The notes beneath the pieces were generated by a model. The model worked only from the letters and a program-made list of their open reading frames with translations. It searched no databases and was not told where the DNA came from. From the human T2T-CHM13v2.0 reference genome, Homo sapiens, in NCBI RefSeq assembly GCF_009914755.1, contig NC_060932.1: 64,000 bases of DNA; one strand, written 5' to 3'. Both the position numbers and the translations under genes were made by a program. Every line of letters begins with the position of its first letter. Positions within the stretch are counted from its first letter, which is position 1. Positions 44,002-62,999 of the stretch are shown in pieces.

Positions 44002-45579
44002 GTCAGTTCGTCTTTCTCTGCTCTTCTTTGGCTCGGCTTCGAAGTCCATTCATGAGCAAGGAAAAGTGGAGGCAGCGAGCCACCTGCAGACGCAATGCAG
44101 TTCCATGGACTTTCTTTTCACGCGCGCGCCCAGAATGGACTGGGGACCTTTGGGACGGGATGGGACGGGTACACCTGGATGCCTTTTCGCGGGGTTCACG
44201 GTGTAGGGAGATTAGAGGCATTGGGTGATGAGAGCGCAGGGATAGTGGAAATACCATGTGCTGCTCCGGGAAGCTTTTCCCAGTGTTTGAGTGACGTGAG
44301 CGTGTGGCGGGAAGAAGCTGCGTTTGGCTGCGGGACAGTGGCGGCTCCAGCATTTCCATATAGAAGGGGCTTAACAAAGGCGGTAATTTGGGTGGGATCC
44401 GTCTTGAAGGGCTGTGTGTGCATAAAGAACACGCTGTTTTTATTTATCTTGTGTTTGGGATAGCTTGAGAGAGCTGCTGATGGAGATCATAGGGGACGAA
44501 ACTCACCCAGTCACCTGTTGGCTCTGCTACAGATTTGGGTAGCTGAGAACCAGGCGCTGGACGCAAAGGGAAACAGCTAGGTAGAGCTCGATGATGGAGG
44601 ATGGGGACAGTAGGCGCTCCTCCACCTCTCTGCGCCGGGAGGCTGGGATGCTTCGTGCGTTTTGCTTTGGTGCCAGAAGCCAGGAGGTTGCGGTTTTGAG
44701 AGAGGCACCGCCAGGTTGTAATATTGGAGAATCCTCTCCGCTTTGGCTTGCCGACCTCTCACTTGCCCCCTTTTATCTCTCTGACACCCCCCGCACCCCG
44801 CGCCCCCTCAGGCCTCCTATTACACAGCGCCTGGGCGGATAGGCATCCGGGGCAGCTGGGCTTCGGCGCATGGGGCCATTACAGTGGCCTCGGTCCTAGG
44901 GCAGAGCCTGGAGGCCGCCGGCAGGTCCAGGACCACAGGTGCTCAGATCTTGGTGCTGGGTTCTTGGGTCCTCTGTGGCTCAGGGTTGCTCTGCTAAGGT
45001 CCAGGAGGGTTTTGGACCTGTCCTTACGGAAAGTTCCGTGTCCAAATGAAGCTTGTGTGCAGCTCTCACATGGGCCAGGATTTCCCCCCAAACATTGCTT
45101 CTCAGAGTCCCATTACTTCTGCAAGTTTTGGAGAGTCCTCTGTTGGCAGCAGCTGAAGGGGGTGGGAGTGGGGGCAGGAACAAGAGAAAGATGGGAGTAA
45201 GTCTTTGGTGGCTGTGGAGAGGAGAGCAGAAATGAAAATGGATTTTCCTGAAACTCCTGTTAAAGGCCTTGGGGCCCCTCCTCTACTGAGGGACAGGGAG
45301 GGCACTTTTTATAATACTTGCAGTAGGTGATAGAGAGGCTCTATTGAAACCCAGCAAACAGGCTTTAAGCTGGATGCAGTGAAGGACCGGTGTTCTGTTT
45401 CTGACAGCATGGTCCAGTCTGCACATAGAGAACTCACTGGTAAATTTAGAATGAGTGAATGAATAAATGAATGAATGAACAGCATGTGAATATTTGGTTT
45501 TTCAGAAGAGTAACTTGGATTCCTTTGAACCCAAGTGCTTCGCTATTATAAGGTAAACTTCAGGATAGTTTTGTTTGCT

Positions 45580-45890
45580 TGTTTTTAAAACAGCTTTATT
45601 GAGATATAATTCATATACCTCTCAATTAACCAATTTAAAGTGTACAATTCAATGATTTTTAGTGTTTTCACAGAGCAGAGTAAATCCACCATTTTAGAAT
45701 ATTTTAGCACCCCAAAAAGAAACCCTGTACCTATTAGCAGTACCTCCCCATTTCTCCCTAACCTGCCGCCGTGTCTGTATGGATTTGCCTATTTCGGACA
45801 TTTCATATAAATGGAAGAATACAATATGTGGTCCTTTGTGACTGCTTCTTTTACCTAGCAAAATATTTTCAAGGTTCATCCATGATGTAC
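45580..45890 (-). mobile_element. L1MB-like 3' fragment
   Basis: cagctttattgagatataattcatatacc...tttaaagtgtacaattcaatg...tttcaaggttcatccatg. Confidence 0.85.
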
Positions 45891-46863
45891 AGGCTATCTT
45901 TCTTATTCTCTCAGTAAATACTGGGTATCCATCCTCTCCTTCTCCCTGGGGATCCCTGAGCCAGGATAGACCTGAACCTCCACTGCAGCCCTGACCTCCT
46001 GTGGGTCCCTTTGAAAGGACAGGCGCCCCACTGGTAAGGCCTCTTAGTAATTCCCTGGGAAGTATTCCTTGGAACCCATCAGGATTCCTGGAGCAGTTTT
46101 GGATGGATCCCAGCCTTCAAGATTGATGGGAGGAGGCTCTTGGCACTTATCCTGCTGCGAACCGTCCAGCTGAGGATTTCAGAGAACTCTTGGGGCCCTC
46201 CACGCATGTCTTGATTTTTCAGAATCAGCCAGGGCTGCTCTTAAAAATGGGCTGAACAAATCGATCTGATTTGAGGGGCTCTAGGGAAAGCCCCTAGCTC
46301 ATTAAGAAGACCTCTTGGGGAGTCTCCCTTTCAATCTTAAATATTTCCTAGTGTCACACAGTAAAACACAAATGTCTTTTGCTCGTTTTCAGTTGACAGC
46401 CTCTGCAGTGATACCACTGTAAAGCCACATTCGCAGTCAGTGTTATCTAAACCCAGCCAAATGACTGCTGTTTTCCTGGCCTGTCTAGTGTAACCTAAGA
46501 TCCCTTTAAAGGACAAGAGCCTTCCTAGAACTGCTGCATGATGGAGTGGTGCTGTTTGAGCACCACTGAGTTAACAAATTATCTGGGATTATGATAGTCC
46601 ATTGAGAACAAAGTTGTTGGTAAACGGGGCACTAGTTGATCCCCCCAGGGAACTGACAGTAGAGTGGAGGGAGAAAGTTTAAAGGAAAGTGATAAAAATA
46701 AACTTTCTTCTTGGCAGGTTTGCCCCTCGATAGTGCTGGATGTTAGGAAAATAATCATTCTCCTTGACTTCTTCTGTGAGTAAATAAAAAATGGCAGGGA
46801 TCCAGTTACTTTTCTGTATACACTAAGCTTTTGTTGTAGACCAAACTGCATCCTGTTCCTGTG

Positions 46864-46879
46864 ACGTGTGTGTGTGTGT

Positions 46880-46912
<33 letters not shown>

Positions 46913-46921
46913 TGTGTGTGT
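46864..46921. repeat. (TG)n(CG)7(TG)n alternating purine-pyrimidine tract
   Basis: Direct reading. Confidence 0.97.
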
Positions 46922-47124
46922 TGGAAATGTTGGCATATTTTTTGAGTACTTACTGGGTATCTGCCTTTTTCTCTTTTAGAAACACACTTAAGTCTCCCAG
47001 TTACTTGGGGAAGAAAATAATATTCCTCCTTTAGCAATCACTGAGCTTCAAGGATAAAAAGCACCTTGTATGGGATCACAAAGACAGCAAGTGACAGAAA
47101 TATGATTAAGAAAAGTCTATATGG

Positions 47125-47302
47125 GGCCAGGCACAGTGGCTCATGCCTGTAATCCCAGCATTTTGGGAGGATCACCTGAGGTCAAGAGTTCAAGGCCAGC
47201 ATGGCCAACATGGCAAAACCCCATCTCTACTAAAAATATAAAGATTAGCTGGGCGTGGTGGTGGGCACCTGTAATCCTAGATACTTGGGAGGCTGAGGCG
47301 GG
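47125..47302 (+). mobile_element. 3'-truncated Alu with a short internal deletion
   Basis: Left arm lacks ccgaggcgggcgg; ends at ggctgaggcggg with no poly-A. Confidence 0.85.
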
Positions 47303-47749
47303 CATTGAGAATATAAAAGAGAGTCTATAGGAAATTCTGAGCGTTCTTTAAGTCAAAGTTTAGAGCCTAGACTCCCCGTTTCCTCCAGGTAATTTTTTTA
47401 TTAGTGGTCTTGTTGCACTTTTCTCTCTATGGGCCTTTGTCGGAGCTACCCTGAAAGGTGTCTCTGTGAATTTTAGAGAGCAATGTTTTGCCTCATTTCT
47501 CCTAGAAATTATCTGAGTTGCTTACAAAAATTGGTCCAGAGGTAGGTTGTGCTTTGCTAAGTCCATTGCAATGTCTTAGGGTGTGTCTTTATCTAGGAGC
47601 AGTCAGAGGGCCCATTATTGGATAAAGATCTATTTCTGGGTGGCCTTTTGTCTCTGGCTTTTGCAAAGAGGAGAACATTTAATTGATGTCTAAAAATGAT
47701 AATTTGCTGCAGGTTGTTTGCTTCTGTTCTTCCTTCACTTCCCAGCCCT

Positions 47750-47975
47750 GTCTCCTGCCATGTGCTGGCACTGTGCTAAGCATTCAAAATACAGTAGGGA
47801 ATAATATGCTTTGGCAAATGGAAATGCCAATAGCTAACTACGGGGTAGTGTTCAATGCTGCAGAATGGAAAATAAAGATTACTACTATAGGAAACAGGAA
47901 GAGCACCTGACCCCAGACTTGGAAGATCAAGGAAAACTTCCTGAAGGAAAGGATGTCTAAACTGAGATGTAAAGC
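47750..47975 (-). mobile_element. L2 fragment
   Basis: tgtgctggcactgtgctaagca...ggaaaacttcctgaaggaaaggatgtctaaactgagat. Confidence 0.7.
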
Positions 47976-48711
47976 TACCCTTTATACTGATTACAGATGT
48001 ACATTGTAGTTAAAAACAGTCTCCCATTTCTTTGACAGATGAACTATGTCAGTGTTTGAAAAAAATGAAGAGAGGGAAAAAAAGCCAGGTGAAGAACATT
48101 CTTGTGTCAAGCAGCTGTCATTCCAATTTGCCATACTTTTGGAATGGCTCTACCTTCTGTCATTTAGAACATACAGCATGAGTTTAATACTGATTGAGCA
48201 GCTGTATAACTGAGGCTAATTTTCAGTCAAATTCCTTGCGTTTGAGTGATTCACAGGGATGCTGCTAACCTAATATAGTTTTTCTGTAAATTAGAAAAAG
48301 GAAGCCTCTCTGTGCAAACCTATGGCATGGGAGAAGAAAACAGTTCTGTTTTATCTGGATAACACAGCTTTGCACTGGGGCACACAACTTGGGAGCAGAG
48401 TGTCTGCCAATTTCAAGTGTCATTGACCCTAGGCGAAGTGTAAATTGTTTAGTTCATTAACTGCGAGCTGTACACACATTAGCCCTGATCATTCAGTCAT
48501 TAACTATTAAATCAATCAATATTTACTGATTGCCTATGTGTGTTGAACTTTCTTGAATATGGGTTAAACTGCCCATCTAGATGTCTGATAGTGCCCAAGA
48601 TCTAGAAGGTTAAAACAGTGACTGAGGCCATGAAACTAGCTGGAGAACCTCAATAAGATGAGGGACAGATGCAGTTCATCAGAGGCCTGGTTGGTGAAGG
48701 ATCAAGTTTGG

Positions 48712-48975
48712 TGCTACTGCTGGTTGGTGCCCATCCACAAACTGTTACCTGCCTCTGATAAGACAAAAACTACACGATGATGTAAATCAAATATGTCAAT
48801 AAGCACACTGTTCACCAAGCACACTGTTAGTTCAACGGAGATTATCATTATTTTTTCATAGCAAAGCTTTTCTGACGAAGGAAGCAAAAGAATACATAGA
48901 CTTGCATATTGGCATAAGCTCCTTATCTCACTGAGGACCAGTAACAGTTCATAGACCAGCTACTTTGAGTAGCAC
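48712..48975. mobile_element. hAT-Charlie-type MER element
   Basis: Ends gtgctact.../...ctttgagtagcac, inverted-terminus-like. Confidence 0.5.
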
Positions 48976-49374
48976 CAATCTAGGCAACATTGGCCCACAT
49001 TTGGCCAGATAGGTCATCTTGTATCCTTTCTGCCTTTATACTGTTTTCTTTTCTCTCTTTTCCCCTTATTTTTTCTTTGTTTCCTCTGCCTCCTCATCTT
49101 CTTCCTCTTCATCATTTTCCCTTTTCTTCTTCCTTCCCTTATTCCTACTTTACTGTTGCTTTCCCCTTCCATTTGATATTTCTCTCTTAAACAAAAATCA
49201 CTGTGCATTTTATTCAGCTTTTTGTCTTTTAAAAAGCAAAATAAAGAAAGCCTACGTGTACAAGGAAAGAAATGTAAAATGGAAACATCACTAACTTGGA
49301 GAAAATTAAAAGAATTTAATGGTAATTAAAATAAAAATATGCCAATAAATTAGAAAGCCTGGATGAAATGGATT

Positions 49375-51382
<2,008 letters not shown>

Positions 51383-51592
51383 ATGAAATGAGTTATTTTT
51401 AAACAAAGTACAAATTACTAAAACTGATTTTTTATTATACAGGAATTATGAATAAAACATTAGACACAAACATGTTGAAAAAGTTGTTAAAAAGTAACCT
51501 CTCCAAGAGTACTGAACTCTCCCCATGGTTTTGCAATTGAATGCTAATGAAAATGTAAAAAAATAAAAATACCGTGCTATTATAACTGTTCC

Positions 51593-52021
<429 letters not shown>

Positions 52022-53329
52022 TTAATTTCACTAATATTGATGTACTTATTGATATGAATAGCATATTAGTAAATAGAACCCAAAAGAATAATTCACAATG
52101 ATCAAGTTGGGCTCAAATTTTACAGGTAAGTTTAGTATTAGAAAATGGATTAATATAATTGTCATGTTAAAAAGTTAAGAGAAAAAAGTTAGAGGATATT
52201 CTTCATAACTACTACAATAATTTAACATTTTATTTCAGATTAATAGCTCAATAAAGTTTACACAGATGGAAATTTACTAAACATGATACATTTATATCAG
52301 TATATTTGTGTTTGTCTTCTCTAACAGTCTGTCTAGCCATGTGTCTTCAAAATCAAAGTCATGCCAAAGAAGCATTGCTATTAAAAATAAGAACAAGACA
52401 AAGTTTCCAGGATAAATATTCTGGAGATAGTAGCCAAAGTAATAAGAAAAGGGAAAGAAATGAAAAACATAAAATTTGGAAGGTAAGAAGAAAGATATCA
52501 TCTACAGAAAAAATTAAGGAAATCAATTTTACAAACTTTAAGACTTTGAAAAAATGTTAAACTATTCAAGGTAGGTTACAAAATTAATATAAAAATAAAA
52601 TTGCTTTACTATAATTAATAAACAACTTGTTTAAAAGTGATTAAGAAAAATCCATTAACAGGAAATAAAACATATATGTATATAATATGTAGAAATAAAC
52701 TCAAAATGTCAAATTTATATAACTCTTTAAAGTGCTCATGAAGAAATGAAGATGACTGGCTTGAATAAACAAAGAATATATTCTTTTTTGATGTAAAGAT
52801 GGACTATTGTATAAAAAAGGTCGATCTACCTAAATTGGTCTACTAATTTAACATGATCCCAATTTTGAGGAGTTTTTGGTACCTAGTCAAAAATAATCAG
52901 AAAGAAAACTTAAAAGAAAATATTAAAACATATTATAAAGTTTTGATATTTACAATTACTTAATAGTCACACATAAATAGAAAATCGATAGATTCGAAAA
53001 TAAAATATAGCATTGTTAACCTGTGATCAAAAGGTAAATTATTCTATAAGTGGTATGGGACTAATTGGATAGACATGGAGAATAAAAGTTAAAACTTTTT
53101 CATTTACATCAAAATAAGTTTTAGATGATCAAAGATTTCAATTTAAAAATTGAAAATGTAAGAATACTAAAAGAAAATATAGGAAAATGCTATAATTCCA
53201 AAGGAGAAAGAGACTTATATGCATGTCATAAACCATAGGAGATAAAAAAGAAAAAAAATAAATATTGGGCAACGTGTTTTATCATATATGATGGAAAAAG
53301 AGCCACATATTAAATACAAAAATTTCTCA

Positions 53330-53725
<396 letters not shown>

Positions 53726-53921
53726 TTAAGTAAATGAAAGATGTGCAGTCATACTTTTAGCCATGGTGATGTTATATGTTGAACTACAATTTTTTCATAC
53801 ATGAAAGAATTTGTAAATATCAGAGCCAGCAAGTTTATGGAAAAATAGACACATATACTTTTGGTGGTATATAAACTGGCATAATCTCTCTGGAGACCAA
53901 TTTGGCAATATGCATTAATAC

Positions 53922-54218
53922 TTTTTTTTTTCTTTTTGAGACAGTGTCTCCCTCTGTTGTCCAGGCTGGAGTGCAGTGGCACAATCTTGGCTCACTGAAA
54001 CCTCCACCTTCCAGGTTCAACTAATTCTCCCACCTCAGCTTCCTGAATAGCTGGGATTACAGAAGCGCACCACCACAGCCTGTCTAATTTTTGTATTTTT
54101 AGTAGAGATGGGGTGTCACCATATTGGTCAGGCTGGTCTCGAACTCCCAACCTCAGGTGATCTGCCTGTCTTGGCCTCCCAAAGTGCTGGATTACAGGTG
54201 TGAGCCCTGTGCCCAACC
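53922..54218 (-). mobile_element. AluS
   Basis: Antisense Alu; cattaatactttt on both flanks. Confidence 0.93.
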
Positions 54219-54299
54219 CATTAATACTTTTTAAAAGGAATAAGCATACTTTATAACCAGCAGTTTAACTTTTAGCAAACTGTCTTAGAGAATATTTGT

Positions 54300-57005
<2,706 letters not shown>

Positions 57006-58400
57006 CAGGATTTGAGGGCAGTTTTATGCAGATTTTGCTCCCCCTGCCCCCACATTGTGTCTCATTCCATTCTGACATTTCCCTTCTCAATATCTAGTTT
57101 CTCTAGTATTCCTGAATTCTGTTCCCTGATGCTTTATGCCAGTAAGACAGCAGCTTTCCCCCTGATTTCTGATCACCATGCCATGCATAGTGGGGAGTTC
57201 CTTCAGAGAGAAAAAAGCTAACCACCAAACTAATAGGAACTAAACTAGGTCTTCTTTATTCCTAATTTAGAGTTTTTTCCTCCTATGTCATGATGCTAAC
57301 AGATAAGTGTAATAATTGCTCACTTCCTCCAGTACTTTTTAAGTAGATCTCGTTAGCTAATCTTGAAAATCCTTTTATGATTCTGGATGTGAGGAGGGTA
57401 GTATTTCAATAGTGAGAAGAAATGAGGAGGAATATTTTCAAAGCTAACACACTGGATGATACATTAAGCCTATTTCTTTTGTTGTTGTTTTTTTGGTTTG
57501 TTTTTTAATTTACAAAAATGTGTGACCTAGATCATCAGTTGACTGTAAAATTCTCTTTCTATAAAGTAGATATGAACATATATATAAAATGTGGAGTTGA
57601 GGAAGGCATCCTAGAGATCATTTTATCCAGTTCTCTTGCCCCCAAATTCAGGAATCCCTTTGATAACATCTCTTATGAGTAAAACTTAGCTAGCTTCTGC
57701 CCCAGAATTTCTAGTGACAGAGAAGAAATGCTTCTAACTGTTAGAGCTGTTACAGAACTCCTGTGGGTTGGGAGCATCCCAACTGATTAGAGTTCTGTTT
57801 TCAGAAGCTATGTAAAATAATACTGTTTTATCTTCTACATAAAACTCTTCTAATATATGAAAACTTCTGTTATGTGTCTCTGATTCTTATTTTTCTTTCG
57901 TATAAAATATGCTTAAATATCACCATTTCTTTCAAGTCTTCTTTGCCTGAACTTGTCAGTTGTAACTGCTGAGTCCTTTTTTAAGCCTATGAATTACTCG
58001 AGTCAGGTCGCCCATGTCTTCATATGGTTGATCATTTCAAACCTGTATAGAGCTATCATCTGGAGAATGATAAAAATGGCTAGAAATGTATTTTGAAAAG
58101 TCTAAACTGGTTCACTCTTGCAAATAACTGTTGCCTCTGTCATTATCTGGATATTCAGTTTTTGCCTAAACTTTTTTGCCAAGTTAGTCCCACAACCTTA
58201 ATGTGATAGAAGAGATAAAGTCTTCTTGATTCTCCTTCCTTTTTTAGCATCTGCTCAAGTAGAAAATTCATTATGATTCCCCTTTCCTTTTTTGCTATTT
58301 CAACATGTTGCGATCATGCTACCAATTAGAAATTTTTGAGAGTTATCTGTGTTCTAAGTAAATTAATTAAAATACCACAATCATCTTAAAAGGTAGACAT

Positions 58401-58712
58401 AGCCAAGTGCGGTGGCTCATGCCTATAATCTTGGCACTGGGAGGCGGAGGTGGGAGGATTGCTGGAGCCCAGGAGTTCAAGACCAGCCTAGGCAACAAAG
58501 TGAGATCCTGTCTTTATAAAAAAAAATAAAAAAAACTAGCCAAGTGAGGTGGCATGGGACTGTAGTCCCAGCTACTCAGGAGGCTGAGGCAGGAGGATCT
58601 CTTGAGTCTAGGAGTTCAGGCATGCAGTTGGCCATGTTCATGCCACTGCACTCCAGCCTGGGTGACAGACAGAGATCCTAAAAAAAACCCAAATCAAAAT
58701 AACAACAACAAT
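58401..58712 (+). mobile_element. AluJ
   Basis: gggaggattgctggagcccaggagttc (J-type). Confidence 0.9.
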
Positions 58713-59917
58713 AAATTAATGAATTAAAAAATAAAAGATAGATATTATCTCACACATTTCATTGATAAAGAGCAGAGAGTGGTTAAACCAGCTAGCCAAG
58801 GACCTATATATAGCAAATTATCACCACAAGTGGCTTCCTCACTCACAATTTTCTATTCATACCACCACCTGTGCTACCTTTCTGTTCTGTTTCATACTTA
58901 TTTCATTCGGTTTTGCAATATGATTGCTGGCAATCTTGCTTTTCAAGTAAATTGTAAGTGAGCTCACCTAAGGTTCACTTTTCAATTCATCTTTTTTTTT
59001 TTCAATTAACTTTAAGTGAGCTACCAAGGGGAAGATATGGTACGAAGTTTTGTATCTTTCTTATTATCAAGTACAGTGCTTTGGTTATATAGTAGGACTC
59101 TTAATAAATGATTGTTGAAATGAACATTTAATACTATAAATAACAATCTCCCTCAGGGCATGGAGTTGCTGGATATATGGTATACCAAATAACTAACAAG
59201 AATTTCATTTAAGTTTATGGTTTATTTTTTGTAAGTCACCAACGATTGAATACAATATTATCCAAGGTTTGTGTGTATATATGTGTATAAATCTCGGCGT
59301 GAGAGAGAGTGAGTGTGTGTGGTTTACGAAAACGTTAGGATAAATATTTAAGGAATTTTGATAAAATTGGCTGTATGTTAGTCTGGGAATTTTGTGGATG
59401 CCTGTAAGCATTGCTTAATGCTTACACTTTGGGCCTTTGCTCGTTATTAAACTTATCTGGACAAATGAGATTAAATAAAACAAACATATGAGTGGAAGGG
59501 CAAATTAGCACTAATGGGCCTAGTTTTATGTTACTGATTGTAAAATTATGACAGTGTTTTAAGAGCACTTGTATTAAACATTATCAACTTTCCATAAATT
59601 TGGCTTATACCTTCCGAATAGAGAACTAAGTAGCCATTTCTAACATGACGTTTTTAAACAAGAGCAAAAAATCAAGGCAGAGTTATTTGTTTTGTGCAGG
59701 CTTTGGGGCAAAGTTTTAACAAATTAGGTTTGACATTTTGGTAAATGTTAAACTATCTCATGGCATTTTAATAGCATTGGGATTTTTCTTGCCCTTACTT
59801 TACTGTCCAAAAGTTTGGGGACTTGGCAGAAAAGCTTGGGAAAACTGAAATTTCACTTCTCCCAATGTGGTATTGCTCATCCTAACTTAAAATAAACAAC
59901 AACTAAAGAAGAATTTA

Positions 59918-60232
59918 TGCTGGGCACAGTGGCTCATTCCTATAATCCCAGTATTTTGAGAGTCTGAGAAGGGGGAGTTGCTTGAGCCCAGGAGTTCGAG
60001 ACTAGCCTGCACAAGATGGGGAGACCACATTTCTACAAAAAATTTTTAAAAAATCAGCAAGGTGTGGTGGCACATGCCTATAGTCCAGCTGCTTGGAAGG
60101 CTGAGGTGGGAGAATCACTTGAGTCCAACAGATTGAGGCTGTTGTGAGCCATAATTTCACCACTGCAGCCCAGCTTGGGTGACAGAAGCAGACCCTGTCT
60201 CAAAAAAAAGAAAACAAAAGAAAAGAAAAAAA
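59918..60232 (+). mobile_element. AluJ
   Basis: Diverged dimeric Alu, gcttgagcccaggagttcgag. Confidence 0.9.
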
Positions 60233-60542
60233 GGGTTTTAAAGATAAGCTATGGTTACAATGCTTTTTCCATATAAATAATGCCCAGTTTCCAAAAAAAT
60301 TGCCAAGACTAGCATAGCATTTATTTAGTTAGTTAAAAAGTACATGAGATGCAGATTAACCTGCAATATTACATGTTAAGTATTGCTTCAAAACACTTGG
60401 ATGCAGGAACTGCTTTGATGAGAATAGAGAAAGGCTATTTGATTGTGGCCTTTCACAATAGGAGAAAAAGGTTCCTTTTCCCTATGTTAAAGAGGACCTT
60501 TTTCTTCTACATTAAAACAGTATTATGGGTATCTTTTAACAT

Positions 60543-60689
60543 TTTTTAATTTAATTTTTAATTTCTTTTTGTAGAGTCAGAGTCTCACTGAGTTGCTCAG
60601 GCTGGTCCCAAACTCTTGGGCTCAAGCGATCTTCCTGCCTTGGCCTCCCAAAATTCTAGGATTACAGGTGTGAGCTACCACACTTGGCC
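60543..60689 (-). mobile_element. FLAM-like Alu monomer
   Basis: Single arm, gggctcaagcgatcttcctgcc. Confidence 0.85.
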
Positions 60690-61993
60690 AGGGATGTCTA
60701 ATGTAAGTCTCCTGATCTGAAAAGGAAATTTTTTTTTTCTCCAAAAAGACAAACGTGGCCTGTTTTTTTTTACCTTTCTTTTCCTTGCTTTGTTCTGATT
60801 GAAACCTCTGGTTATAATGTTTGGAAAAGGAAATCTTAGAATATTTCATTGGAGTTGAGTGATTCTGCTGCAATATGTTTCTTTGGGTGTGGTGGACAGC
60901 TATCTGTGTGACTGGCAGATTTACTGAATGTTTTGATTTGATAGGGCTGAAGCCTGCTGCCATATCTTTTCAAATTCTCCTGCACTCATGCCTTCTGTCT
61001 ACAGAAGAGCTGCTTATACTTGTTTGGATAATCCACTAATCTTGTTTTACTTGACTTTGTAGGGTTAGGGTTATATGTATACCCTGGGGCTTTTCCTCCC
61101 ATAGTTCATCAACTTTTACTAACCATTTTCCCAATGTCTTCTGTGTTCTGATAAATTAATCCAGGCTATAATGCTATATAGATGGTAGTCACTTAATATG
61201 TTGACTATTCTTTTAGCATGTACACTGAATGTATTGCCTATTCCATTAGGAATTTTAAGGAATTTCCAGTATGTGAATTTGTTAATCTAAGAAAACATTC
61301 TTTACTAATTAGCATTTTGGTGGTAGGCCGGTAGGGGAAGATATATTTTGAACCCTAAGCACAAACTAGTACACTCTTTAATTTTTATTGCAGGACCTTA
61401 ACTTGAATATTTGTATAATGATCAAAGTATATGGGTCTCCCTTTTATTGGCAACATAAAAGAGTTGTATACTAGACTGTGATTGGATATTTAAAAAAAGC
61501 TTAGTTGTCAAAAATTTTTTTATGAATGGTTGCTTGAAGGAAATATAATTAATTTATTCCTTTAGATATACCATATTATTTTGAAATAAAACCCAAGTAT
61601 CAGAGATTTAACTACGTGAGTCATGTTACTTTGAAAGTTTACGTAACTATGCTTTGCTGCATTCATCAGAGGCTTTTGCACTTAAAGCTACTACCTGAAA
61701 GCTATATTAATCTACCCCACTCATTCTATTCACAGAATTGAATGATTGTAGGAGTTATAGAACCCAACATCCCACTTGATACAGTTTTTCCTTCACACTC
61801 TCCAGACTGAAAGGATGCAAACAGGATTGTTTGAAAATCTTCAGGCCTAGCTCCAGTCTAAAGCCTGATTGGCATATGCCTTACCAGATTATAGATGTTG
61901 TTTCAAAGAACAGACTAGTGCAGTATCTCTCAAAAGAACAGCATCCAGGACTGGGGGAAGTAGCATAACAGCAATTAAAAAATACTTGGGACT

Positions 61994-62347
<354 letters not shown>

Positions 62348-62999
62348 TTAAAGCATTCAAGGGGGTCAGAGTCTCCAAGCTTTGTAAGCTAAGAGATAGC
62401 TTGTACTCTGCTTGGTATAATCCCTCTCATGGTGGGAATTTTATCCGGACATTCCATTATCAAAGATCTTGAAATGGTAATAGTATGGAGATACTAGATA
62501 AATGTAATGTGACTTAAAATATCATTGTAATAATAATTTTTAAAATACTCATACTCTTCCATTTGGGGGTAAATTACACCTAGAATAGTATTCTCATTCT
62601 TATTCCTCAAGAAGAATTAATATTCTTTTGAGTCCTGTAATCAGTCATACCTAGTTTTGAGTTGCAATTAGGTAACTTCAATTGATGTGTTTTTATTGTT
62701 GCCACTGGAGACATATATCTATAGTAGAGAAAATTATAGGAATTTAAAGCTGAACACATTTTGATAAATGATAAGCATATAACAAGGAGTGTTTGCACTT
62801 GATTAGTTTCTTAGGAGTTGGACAGAAACAATCTTGAGCTGTCTCTCTTGTTGTTCAAGAATATAAAAAAACAGTAGCTCAAATGTAGTATCATTATTAA
62901 CGGAATCTTATTTAAAGAATGATATGTCATTACTATCTCTATTTGAAAATGGCTTGGCCTGAAAGCCAAAGCCATTATAATTACATTAATGTTTAAAAA

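Larger units (their letters stand above)
42280..44950. promoter_or_regulatory. COL14A1: CpG-island promoter region (patchy: ~42.3-42.65, ~42.9-43.0, ~43.3-44.95 kb)
   Basis: Sharp rise in GC and CpG in non-repeat DNA; GC boxes (gggcgggg 43631, cccgcc 43708); TATA-like ctataat overlapping inverted CCAAT (attgg) at ~43733-43742. Gene identity is from recall of the exon sequence. Confidence 0.85.

Noticed and set aside
42313-45305. Many 100-158 aa ORFs on both strands
   Set aside because: Expected stop-codon scarcity in a CpG island; Arg/Gly/Pro/Ala-rich with no domain signal.
49014-49294. Lys/Arg-rich and Phe/Ser-rich ORFs
   Set aside because: Artefacts of a low-complexity polypyrimidine tract.
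61617-61623. Perfect AP-1 site TGAGTCA
   Set aside because: A single 7-mer is expected several times by chance in 64 kb; no supporting context.
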